A DNA stretch of 63,924 nt, counting the filler, from Aduncisulcus paluster (taxonomy: Eukaryota), in assembly GCA_024181965.1 (NCBI GenBank). It is 9 parts of 9 records of this genome, joined end to end, with 100 filler letters (N's around TTAATTAATTAA, not from the genome) between each part and the next. Parts side by side here need not be neighbours in the genome. Positions count along the whole stretch, not along the records: positions 35,271 to 38,466 come from BQXS01000022.1; positions 38,567 to 42,167 come from BQXS01000023.1; positions 42,268 to 45,615 come from BQXS01000024.1; positions 45,716 to 58,798 come from BQXS01000025.1; 5 more parts are not named here. One strand, 5' to 3'. Under the pieces are notes generated by a model that was not told the origin of the DNA, did no database searches, and worked only from the letters and a program-made list of their open reading frames with translations. A program made the translations under genes and the position numbers. Shown piece after piece: positions 36,299-46,608 of this stretch (within the stretch, counting starts at the first letter, position 1; each line of letters starts with the position of its first letter).

Positions 36299-37291
36299 CT
36301 ATCGAACAACTTTTTCGATATTCCAAAAAACGCTTCTGAGTTTCTCAACTGCTATTTTTGGAGGTATCCCCTCAGAAATGAGGGTAATGACGTTCTTAAT
36401 TACTGGTTTTCTGGATTCCGCGGATGAAAATCCAATTCCACCAAACACTTCCTCCAGAGCGTCCATTGCTTGTCCATATTTATATGCTAAGCAACTTGGA
36501 TCTTTCATAGAAGTCTCAATCGTATCCTTAGTCGTGAGAGATGGGACCAAATAAGAGGATTCAGAGAGAGAAATACCGAAGGAATCGAGACAATCAGTGA
36601 ATACATCCTCACAATGTGAAGCTTCATCATTTTTAGAAACAATATGCATATCTTCAATTATTGATGAGATTTTTGCTTTAGATAGGGCTTTAATCGACAA
36701 TGAATCAGGTTTTGGAACGACTTTTGAAGATTCTCTATCATCATCTTTCTCCGGCAATTCGCAACAAGCTTTCAACATATAATCATCAAATTCATTAATT
36801 TCAGTTGAACTATGTTTCGAGGGTTTTGAGAATATCTTTCCAAAATGATTTCGGATTGAAGAATCGAAAGCCAAAGATACTACAACATCAGGATTGGGTT
36901 TATATACAAAGAGATAAGGAAATTTAGACCCAGGATAAAATACAACTAAATTAGCTTGATTGAGAAAGAATATTCTCTTCGGCCGACATGATTCGATGTT
37001 AGTGTCAATATTATCCTCATCAACTTCGACATCAGCATAGCCAAAGGCTGGATATTCAACAAGTTTTAAGCACGGATGCCTGTCCTTATGGTCTTTATAA
37101 AATGATAGATAACCAACATCGCTGTAATGGGGCAAAAAACGTGTTGGAGAGTAAAGAGAGGGCATTTCATGAAGGAATTGAAATACTTTAACTTTTGCTG
37201 AAGTATATATTGCTGATTTCATCAATTTGTTTGATTTTTTATATTTGTGAGGACTTAGTCGAGAGGAAAATCTATTTTCAAGCATAGCCAT
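36299..37291 (-). CDS. Hypothetical protein (330 aa)
   Basis: ATG-initiated long ORF with normal composition; no family recognised. Confidence 0.65.
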   Translation of the reverse strand: MAMLENRFSSRLSPHKYKKSNKLMKSAIYTSAKVKVFQFLHEMPSLYSPTRFLPHYSDVGYLSFYKDHKDRHPCLKLVEYPAFGYADVEVDEDNIDTNIESCRPKRIFFLNQANLVVFYPGSKFPYLFVYKPNPDVVVSLAFDSSIRNHFGKIFSKPSKHSSTEINEFDDYMLKACCELPEKDDDRESSKVVPKPDSLSIKALSKAKISSIIEDMHIVSKNDEASHCEDVFTDCLDSFGISLSESSYLVPSLTTKDTIETSMKDPSCLAYKYGQAMDALEEVFGGIGFSSAESRKPVIKNVITLISEGIPPKIAVEKLRSVFWNIEKVVR

Positions 37292-37430
37292 TCAAAGAGA
37301 TTGATTTTACAAACAGAAATGTATAATCATTAATCACATATATTGATAATATATTTATTATATATTTATATTTGTTTTTTCAACGCTTTCACTACTATGG
37401 ACCATTTTCGTCGTTTTCTGTGGAATAGGT

Positions 37431-38466
37431 ATGGATTTGTTAGGAGGTATGTATTATTTTTTTCTTTATATGAATGTTTGATTTGTTTATACGTTTTTTT
37501 TAACCTTTTATTTTGTGTTTTTTGTCTTCAATTCTGTGTTCGTCCTATAAAGATTCTGTGACGAAAGAAGAAGCCGAAGAAATATTAAAACGAGATTTTT
37601 TCGATCAACAAGAAGATTCTGAACCCTCTGAAAAACCTAAAAGGAGAATAGTAAGCCGTAAATCAAATGTTTCTTCCGATACACTAATTGGAGATGAAAT
37701 TGGTTTATCATCATTTATTTTATCTTCAAAACCTGTATTAGTTCCGTATATTGAACAAATATTATCATTCGAGAAAGATATCAAGAAATCGTATTTTCAG
37801 ACCCATAAACCAACCTCTTTTGATTTTTCTGCGAACAATGGTGATGATGCTGAATCTAGCGATACCGGATCGGATCAATCTATTCCTGTTACCGAGGAAA
37901 ATCTCGCTCTCTTGGAATTTCCCCGTGTTACTCTTTCAAATCTAACCCTTCCACCTGAATATATTGAATCCAACCAACATAAAGAACGTGATTTCCTCTT
38001 TTCTATGCTTGGACACTCTGAGCTTTGGTTCCAACAGCTGCCTGACCACGGCTATCATCCTTCTGCAACCGCCAAACAAGTTGCCCACAAAGTCAAGGAG
38101 GACGAGTCTGTTAGAAGTCATTTAAAGACGCTTTTATTCGGCAACAAGTGGCTTGAGCAGCCCAAACATGCCATTTCCCAATCTTCACAAGGAATGCCGG
38201 AAGAAGAAGATGATGATGAAGAAGCTCTCTATGCTGGCGGATATATTCTTGAAACGGACGAAGAGAGAGAAGAAAGGCGGCGTCAGGCCAAGCAACGTAA
38301 GAGCGATGAAGGCAAGAGACGTCAGGAAAGGTTAGAAGAAGAACTTAAGCTACGATGTTCTTTTGAAGAGATTAAGAAGAATCTCCGAAAGAAAGCATCA
38401 TTAATAACTTCTAAGGGGGCTAAAGTAGGCCGTCGGAGGAGAGGATATGATGAATCTGCTGATGAC
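37431..38466 (+). CDS. Hypothetical charged protein, 3' truncated
   Basis: A micro-exon (37431-37446, MDLLG) and a GTATGT..AAG intron (37447-37552) join in frame to the long ORF. Confidence 0.65.
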
Positions 38467-38566
38467 NNNNNNNNNNNNNNNNNNNNNNNNNNNNNNNNNN
38501 NNNNNNNNNNTTAATTAATTAANNNNNNNNNNNNNNNNNNNNNNNNNNNNNNNNNNNNNNNNNNNN

Positions 38567-41500
38567 AGATGGAACAACAGAGAGATTGAAGTGTTGTTGG
38601 CACTGAAAGAAGTGAGAGATGATGGCGATGGGAAAAGACCAGACTCAGTGATATCGTATAATGGATTGTCATTCAAGGAGAGTGTTGTAAGATTTGTGAA
38701 TGATGTGAAATCTGTGTCTGGACTAACATTACATCCATCAGCATAGAGGATGGAAATTGAGGTTGGAGGGGAAGAGAGTAAAGAAGAGAAGTCTAAAACA
38801 TTTGAAGCATAACTCACATCAAGAGAGACAAGTTTCGTGAGATTGGAGATGGTTGAGAAACTCGTCAGTGAGGAACAGTTGTTTGCAGTCAAGGTCGTGA
38901 TTGAGGTTGGAATGGAAGAGAACGAGGACAATGCAGTGTAACTAACATCAAGAGATGTGAAAGTTGATGATGAAGAAGAAGAAGAGGATGGGAATAGAGC
39001 AGAATTTGTCAAATCATACGATGAATTGTTCTTCAAGGAGAGTGTTGTAAGATTTGTGAATGATGTGAAATCTGTGTCTGGACTAACATTACATCCATCA
39101 GCATAGAGGATGGAAATTGAGGTTGGAGGGGAAGAGAGTAAAGAAGAGAAGTCTAAAACATTTGAAGCATAACTCACATCAAGAGAGACAAGTTTCGTGA
39201 GATTGGAGATGGTTGAGAAACTCGTCAGTGAGGAACAGTTGTTTGCAGTCAAGGTCGTGATTGAGGTTGGAATGGAAGAGAACGAGGACAATGCAGTGTA
39301 ACTAACATCAAGAGATGTGAAAGTTGATGATGAAGAAGAAGAAGAGGATGGGAATAGAGCAGAATTTGTCAAATCATACGATGAATTGTTCTTCAAGGAG
39401 AGTGTTGTAAGATTGGTGAAGATAGAGAAGTCACTATCAGCAGCAAGATAGACAGCCTCAAGAGACAACTCAACGAGGGACAAAGGAAGGTATCCAAGAT
39501 CAGTATTCCCAATGGACACAGAACTAGACGAAGTGCCAGAGATAGACAAAGATGTGAGGTTCACAGCATGTTGAAGACCTTCAAGGGAGTCCACAATGGA
39601 AGCATGCACAGAAGTCACGGTTGCCATGTCTGCAGGAGTCAAATCATCACAGGAGGAATCGTGAGCAGTTGGATTAGAAACAGACAAACACACAGCACTT
39701 CGAAGGTTGGAATCGGGAATATAAACATATTCACATGAATCTCCATGGAAACCAGATCGACATCCACATGTGATGTATGAAGCCCCAACTTCAAGAACAG
39801 GTTTCATATTGGAATGTCTTTCACATACTTGGATACGAATAGCATCATCAACACCTGAAGTTGTAATACAAGTCTCATTTTCAGTATCATACTCATACCC
39901 ACTATCACATGCAGCAACACACTCTCCACTGGCTTTGTCAAGATAGTACCCATTCCAGCATTCAACAGCCCAACGATTAGGGTACACTTCACGACATACT
40001 TGGTAGGATGAAGAAGACACAGATGCAGAACAATGACATGTTTGGTCAGAATATGTTATAGATGAAAAAGTAAATTTTGTTTGCAATACACTCACCATCC
40101 CTTCAACATCACAGATATTATTACCACTGATATCAAGAGATACCAAAGCATCACTCGGGAACAAGGATGAAGTGAAGAGTACTGACACATCCGAAATATT
40201 ATTGTTGGAAACATTTAACGTGGCAAGCTTGAATGGAACAGTTTTATCACTGGCTAAATCAGTGTCAGCCACAATTGGTGTTAAGTCAAGAATTTCAGAA
40301 AATTCATACAAACCACAGTTACTAGCCGAGAGAGTTGTGAGTCCAGATTCGATTGGAGAAGCGCTTACAGCTTTAGCTAGAATTTTGATGACCAATTGAT
40401 CATATTCTGAAGAAACACTATTTTGACTTAGATCATAGCCATCAACGTTCAAAGATGTCAAACCAATGGGACTGGTCGAGGAATCACCAATTCCTTGTGC
40501 ATACTCAAGACCTTGTAAGGTCGTGATATCATTAACTGAGGAAATATCATTGTTGTAAGCCACCACATCAGTCAAAGAGAGAGAAGAACAAGTAAGAGCA
40601 GATCGTAAAGTTGCAACACTAATGACATCGTTATCCTCAATATCAGTGCTTGTGAGACAGTTGTTGTTTGCATCTGACAAGTAAGCACGTATATAGTCAT
40701 CGTGAACAGTGAAACATGCTCCAGAAGTTCCTTCCTTGGCAATGAATGAACATTGTTTCTCATTATCAATATTGTTATATACTTCATTTCGGATTACAGA
40801 AGGACAATCAGAATCCTCCTGACTATCATCACAATAATACTGAAGATTCACATCATTAAGAGGACATTCATTTGGATAGAAATAATATTCTGGAGTATTG
40901 TTATGGTGAAGTGGAAAGATTGACGATAAATAAGACCAATATAAAGAATCGTCTTCCGAACGACACATTGAAATATAATTTGGATATGGAAGACCAGATG
41001 TTGTATCAGCAATTTGAATAACTTCAATCGCAATGTTCCTGTAGAACACTGAAATGTCGTAAATATGGGGATTTGCGAGGATATACGCGTGAGTAAGTCT
41101 TGTCATCTTATAAGACGATTCAGAAATATCGAGAATATCCATTGTATATACTCCAGCATCATGAATATGGGTATAATAATAAAGAATCAAGATCTGCGAC
41201 AAGTCAATCGTTGGCAAGGTTAACGTGATAAAGTTATATGAAACGTCAATTTCAGCAATATTTATGAGTTTTTCGCTTCCTTCAATAGAACGCAATGAGA
41301 AGTTTTTGGCATCAAGAATTGATATTTGAGCCATTTCAAACTCTGAAACATCGCACATTGTAAAGCCATGTGAAGTAAGTTGGCATATCCTCATTCTATA
41401 TTGGGAATCAGGGATATACACTTGGTACAATTGGTCACAATCATCACCATACCATGTTGCACGACACCCGCATGTAATGGAAGTAGCACCAACTTCAAGA

Positions 41501-42167
41501 ACAGCCATCATATTGGAATGTCTTTCACATACTTGGATACGAATAGCATCATCAATGGAAGAACTGGAAGAAACACATGTTTCAGTGGTTGTATCGTACT
41601 CATACCCACTATCACATGCAGCAACACACTCTCCACTGGCTTTGTCAAGATAGTACCCATTCCAGCATTCAACAGCCCAACGATTAGGGTACACTTCACG
41701 ACATACTTGATGATTGGCAGAAGACACGGATGCAGAACAATTGCATGTTTGGTCAGAATATGTTATAGATGATAGGGTTGGGAATTCGGTTTGCAATTGA
41801 CTCACAATTCCTTCAATATCACAGATATTATTATCACTGATGTCAAGAGTTGTGAGGAAATTATTTGGGAAGATAGATGATGTGATGAGAACAGATACAT
41901 CAGAGATGGAGTTGTTTGAGAGATCTAGGGATGTCAGTTTGAATTGGTCTGTGGTTGAGTCTCCAGAAGCAATGGGAGTCAAGTCAAGCACATCACTGAT
42001 AGCACTCAATCCACAGCCACTCGCAGATAATATCCTCAGACCAGAATCAATGGTTCCAGACGTCACCGCCTTTGCCAAGATCTGAACAACCAACTTATCA
42101 TACTCAGCATTGGAATTAATATCTCCACGCAAGTCATACCCATCAAGGGTCAGAGAGGTCAGTGAAG
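38567..42167 (-). CDS. Internalin-like LRR plus Cys-rich/EGF-like protein (internal fragment; probably surface or secreted)
   Basis: LxxLDLSNNxISD LRRs, IPDSNLRSAVC cap, EGF-like CGCRxxWxGDxC, and two copies of a Cys-rich module. Open at both contig ends. Confidence 0.85.
38672..39414. repeat. Exact in-frame 360-bp (120-aa) tandem duplication of an LRR block
   Basis: Sequence lines are identical at an offset of 360. Confidence 0.92.
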
Positions 42168-42591
42168 NNNNNNNNNNNNNNNNNNNNNNNNNNNNNNNNN
42201 NNNNNNNNNNNTTAATTAATTAANNNNNNNNNNNNNNNNNNNNNNNNNNNNNNNNNNNNNNNNNNNNTCCATGAAGCATCATGGGATTAGATTCGTAGCA
42301 GTATACAGACATATGTATAGCATCGTATTCCGAGTTCTTGATATTTTTGATTGTAAGCAAAAGCAAGTGAAAATGAACAGAAAGGCAAGGATAAGGATAG
42401 AAATGAAATGGAAATATATCCATGTTATTGAATAGCATTGAAATCGTTCATAAATGTTCTTAACACGTGAAATGGAACTATATCCAGTCCTGAGGGTTCT
42501 CCAAAAGCCTGAGATATCGAGAATAAACACCATGGCATGGAAATGAAAATAAAACATGTTTTTATCATTTACCAGCATTTAATTCGTTTAT

Positions 42592-45108
42592 ATGTGTTTT
42601 TTTAATTTTCCAATCTTATCTATTGAAGGGTTGCTTGTTCAGTCCTCCATTTTGGAGGCGGATGCTGTTATTCAAACTGTGGAACCTGAGTTTGTTCATG
42701 AAGGAGAATACGATTGCTCCCCAATTCCTCGAGATGCCCCCAATATTAAGAGTGCAGAGCTACCAACTATCAAAGCAATAGATAGAACTGAGGAAGAAGG
42801 TAAATATGGATACGATCAGAGCTATTATGCACAAAAGATGATGAAAGGAGAGTGGAATGATGGACAATATACCCATATCTCCATTCCTTTCTCTTCAACT
42901 TCACCAATGAAAGGGGCTTATATCTGTCTACGTGGTGGTTCAAGCAATCCTACACCTCCATCACACCTTATCTTCACCTTCATATCTTCAAAGGGTGAGA
43001 AAACATCCAAGAAATACAGATTTCCTGAATTTGAAGGTTTTCATTGGTATTTCCTTCCTGTTGATCTCCTTGATGTTGTTCTGTGTGAGATTACAGGGAA
43101 AGGAAGATATAGCAAGTATTTTAGAATCGTTTCCCTTGTTTTCATTAGTAGAGAAGAAACTCCTGAAGAAATCAAATCTCGTGAAGCCAGAGAGAAACTT
43201 TGGTCTGAAGCTCCAGTTGTGAAACCAGAGTTTGTTAAGGAAGGAGATGAGGAATCTTATGGTAGAGATTCTATTCCCATTGCTCGCGATGATCCAAAGC
43301 TTGTAGATCCTTCATTCTCAATGGTTAAGTGCAAGAATGATTCGGTGAGTATGGAATCTAAGTATTATGATCGGAGTTCAGATGCACAAAAAATGTTAAA
43401 AGGGGAAGATGAAGAGGATTGTGTTGAATTATCCCATCTTTCCATCCCTTTCACACCTAATCCAATGAAAGGTGCTTATGTCTGTGTGAATAAGTATGCT
43501 AGTTCTCCCTCTCTTCTCTTCACTTTCACTGATTGTGATGGTAAGAAGACATCCAAGAAGTATGAATTCAAAAAACTTAAACATAAATATGAATGGCACT
43601 TCCTTCCTATTGATTTGTGTAATGTTGTATTGTGTGAGATTGAAGGGAAAGGATCGTGGTATAATAAGAAGTGTCGAGATTTCGACATCGAATCCCTTAT
43701 TTTCCTTCGAGATGATGATATTCCTACCTCTCATCCTCTTCTTACTCCTGTTCCTGTTCCTTCCAGTTCCTCCAAGACTCCCACATCAACTTTGTCTTTG
43801 CCATCAAAACCTCTGAAAGAAGAAGAAGATTTTATTCAAATGAGTTCATCCACAGATGCTGTTATTCAAACTGTGGAACCTGAGTTTGTTCATGAAGGAA
43901 ATGAGGCTTGTTGTCCAATTCCTAGAGATGCCCCCAATATTAAGAGTGTAACCGATCCAACTATCGAAGCAATAGATGGAACCAAGGAAGAAGGAGATGA
44001 AAAGTACGACCAGAGTTTTAACGCACAAGAGATGATGAAAGAAAATATTTTTTTTGGAAAGTTGAATTTTGGATATTTTACCCATATCTCCATTCCTTTC
44101 TCTTCATCTTCCCCAATGAAAGGGGCTTATATCTGTCTATATAGCTATTCTTCAGCTCCATCACAGCTTATCTTCACTTTCACATCTTCAAAGAGTGAGA
44201 AAACATCCAAGAAATACGAATTTCCTGAATTTTATGGTTGGCATTGGTATTTCCTTCCTGTTGATCTCCTTGATGTTGTTCTGTGTGAGATTACAGGGAA
44301 AGGAAGAGAGAAAGAGTATTTTAGAATCCTTTCCCTCATTTTCATTAGTAGAGAAGAAACCCCTGAAGAACTCAAATCTCGTGAAGCCAAACAGAAACTA
44401 TGGTTTGAAGCTCCAGTTGTGAAACCCGAGTTTGTCAAGAAAGGATATAGAGCATCTTTTGGTAGAGATTCTATTCCCATTCCACGAGATGATCCAAAGC
44501 TTGTTGATCCTTCATTCTCAATGGTTAAGTGCAAGCTTGATGCATTTAGTAAGGAATCTGTGTGTTATGATCAGAGTTCAGATGCACAAAAAATGTTAAA
44601 AGGGGAAGATCCTGTACTCTTATCCCATCTTTCAATCCCTTTCCCATCACCTAGTCCAATGAAAGGTGCTTATATCTGTGTGGATCATAGTTGGAGTTCT
44701 CCCTCTCTTCTCTTCACTTTTACTGATAATTATGGTAAGAAAACATGCAAGAAGTATGAATTCACAAGACTTAAACATGAATATGAATGGCATTTCCTTC
44801 CTATTGATTTGGATAATGTTGTATTGTGTGAGATTGAAGGGAAAGGAAGGTGGGATGAGAAGAATAGTCGATGGTTCTGGATCTACTCCCTTGTTTTCCT
44901 TCGAGGTGATGATATTCCCACCTCTCCTCCTCTTCTTACTCCTGTTCCTGTTCCTTTCAGTTCCTCCAAGACACCCACATCAACTTTGTCTTTGCCATCA
45001 AACCCCGTGAAAGAAGAACAAAAACAAGAAGAAATTGTTATTAAAGGAAATGATAAGGATTCGGCACCAAAAGACACCAAACAGAAGAAACATAAGGATA
45101 AAAAGTGA
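42592..45108 (+). CDS. 'MKGAYIC' family member (A-B-A-B) with a Pro/Ser and Lys-rich linker
   Basis: Four domain copies; stops at AAA AAG TGA, where the downstream kinase ORF continues in the -1 frame. Confidence 0.85.
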   Translation: MCFFNFPILSIEGLLVQSSILEADAVIQTVEPEFVHEGEYDCSPIPRDAPNIKSAELPTIKAIDRTEEEGKYGYDQSYYAQKMMKGEWNDGQYTHISIPFSSTSPMKGAYICLRGGSSNPTPPSHLIFTFISSKGEKTSKKYRFPEFEGFHWYFLPVDLLDVVLCEITGKGRYSKYFRIVSLVFISREETPEEIKSREAREKLWSEAPVVKPEFVKEGDEESYGRDSIPIARDDPKLVDPSFSMVKCKNDSVSMESKYYDRSSDAQKMLKGEDEEDCVELSHLSIPFTPNPMKGAYVCVNKYASSPSLLFTFTDCDGKKTSKKYEFKKLKHKYEWHFLPIDLCNVVLCEIEGKGSWYNKKCRDFDIESLIFLRDDDIPTSHPLLTPVPVPSSSSKTPTSTLSLPSKPLKEEEDFIQMSSSTDAVIQTVEPEFVHEGNEACCPIPRDAPNIKSVTDPTIEAIDGTKEEGDEKYDQSFNAQEMMKENIFFGKLNFGYFTHISIPFSSSSPMKGAYICLYSYSSAPSQLIFTFTSSKSEKTSKKYEFPEFYGWHWYFLPVDLLDVVLCEITGKGREKEYFRILSLIFISREETPEELKSREAKQKLWFEAPVVKPEFVKKGYRASFGRDSIPIPRDDPKLVDPSFSMVKCKLDAFSKESVCYDQSSDAQKMLKGEDPVLLSHLSIPFPSPSPMKGAYICVDHSWSSPSLLFTFTDNYGKKTCKKYEFTRLKHEYEWHFLPIDLDNVVLCEIEGKGRWDEKNSRWFWIYSLVFLRGDDIPTSPPLLTPVPVPFSSSKTPTSTLSLPSNPVKEEQKQEEIVIKGNDKDSAPKDTKQKKHKDKK

Positions 45109-45615
45109 AAGAAGCTGTGCAAAAAGAAGCTGTGAAAGAAGCTGTGAAAGAGGAAGAAGAAGAAAAGACAGAATCTTGGGGAAAGAAAGATATTCCTTCA
45201 AGTTCAAAACAACAAACAGAATCACTCACTCAAGAAACAAAGACATCTGAACCTACCAAATCCAACCCAAACCAACCAACTTCTTCTACTCCTTCTCAAC
45301 AGCCCATTTCTGTCCCACTCCCTCAGACCTTGACTTCCTCCTGTACCATTACTCCTCTTTGTATCATTGGGAAAGGTGGGTTCGGTGTTGTTATCCTTGC
45401 TCGTGTCGAATACCCTGCTTCATACTGCTCGCCTCCTGTGTTGTGTGCTCTGAAGTGTATGAAGAACAAAGAGTCATGTGAATACAATGAGAAATGTGTG
45501 AAAGACATGAAGAAAGAATTCTCTCGTCAGCATCGGTTGTATTTCAAATCATCATTACAAAGCTGTATCCCTCGTCCTCTGCATATCCTTGATCTTCTCG
45601 ATGGTGATCTGAAGG
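45105..45615 (+). CDS. Linker plus protein kinase N-lobe (out-of-frame continuation of the 42592 gene), truncated
   Basis: IIGKGGFGVV glycine loop, CALK catalytic Lys and KKEF alphaC Glu. Confidence 0.8.
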
Positions 45616-46608
45616 NNNNNNNNNNNNNNNNNNNNNNNNNNNNNNNNNNNNNNNNNNNNTTAATTAATTAANNNNNNNNNNNNNNNNNNNNNNNNNNNNN
45701 NNNNNNNNNNNNNNNATAAGAGAACTTTTCATTCTTTTTTGAAGCACGACGAACTCTTTTTTAAAGTTACTTCAGAACTTGTAAAAATGGGTTCCATAAC
45801 GAAAATGAGCCTCTTATCCTTATCTAAACGAATATCAAGACTTGTGTGCACTAATTGCAGAAATAATAATAAATGATAAATAAACTCCTATTAAATAAGA
45901 GACCAAACAGAGAGAGAGAGAATAAGAAAAAGTTGGTGGAGATTTCAAATAATATAATAAAATAATAATACAGAAAAAGAAGATACAAAATAATTATTTG
46001 ATATACCTGTTTTCAATACTTTTTGAAGCCGAGATAAATGCCATTTAAAAAAAAAGGAATTTAAATGTTTCGAAATCAATGGATTACTCTGTCTTCACAA
46101 GGAACTTTTGATTATTGACAACTACAAATCAAAAAAAATGAACAAAAATAACACAGTCAAAAATAGTAAAATGACTCTTTGAAGCCGAGTCAATCAATTT
46201 TTAATTTCTTTGTTTTTATAATGTTTGAATTTCAAGAAAGTCTTTTATCCAATAATAAATCGAAGAAATACAAATAATGTAGATAATGAATAGTGGATCA
46301 AGAGATAAGAATTTAATCAAATAGAAAGAAGGAAAGAGAGGGAAAAAGATAAATTTCAAAAACAACACGACATATATTTATATAGAAACTAATTCGAAAT
46401 TTCTATACAGATATACATTTGATTCTGTCATATTTCGGAAAAGAAATAAAAATAGAAATAGAGAAAAATAAAAAAGAAGACAATAAATACAAATTCATAT
46501 TAAGGAAGGAAAAACATGTTTTTTTGAACATGACAAAAAATATCACAAAGCAATTTGAAAAGAAAGAATAAAAATAATAAAAATAATAATATTTGATTGC
46601 AATCTTTA

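Noticed and set aside
42592-45108. Diversity-generating retroelement as the source of domain variability
   Set aside because: No reverse transcriptase or template repeat is present in the window, and substitutions are not visibly adenine-restricted.
45716-46045. Possible small spliced gene on the minus strand
   Set aside because: A GTATAT donor and TAG acceptor exist, but I found no ATG-initiated frame giving a convincing product.
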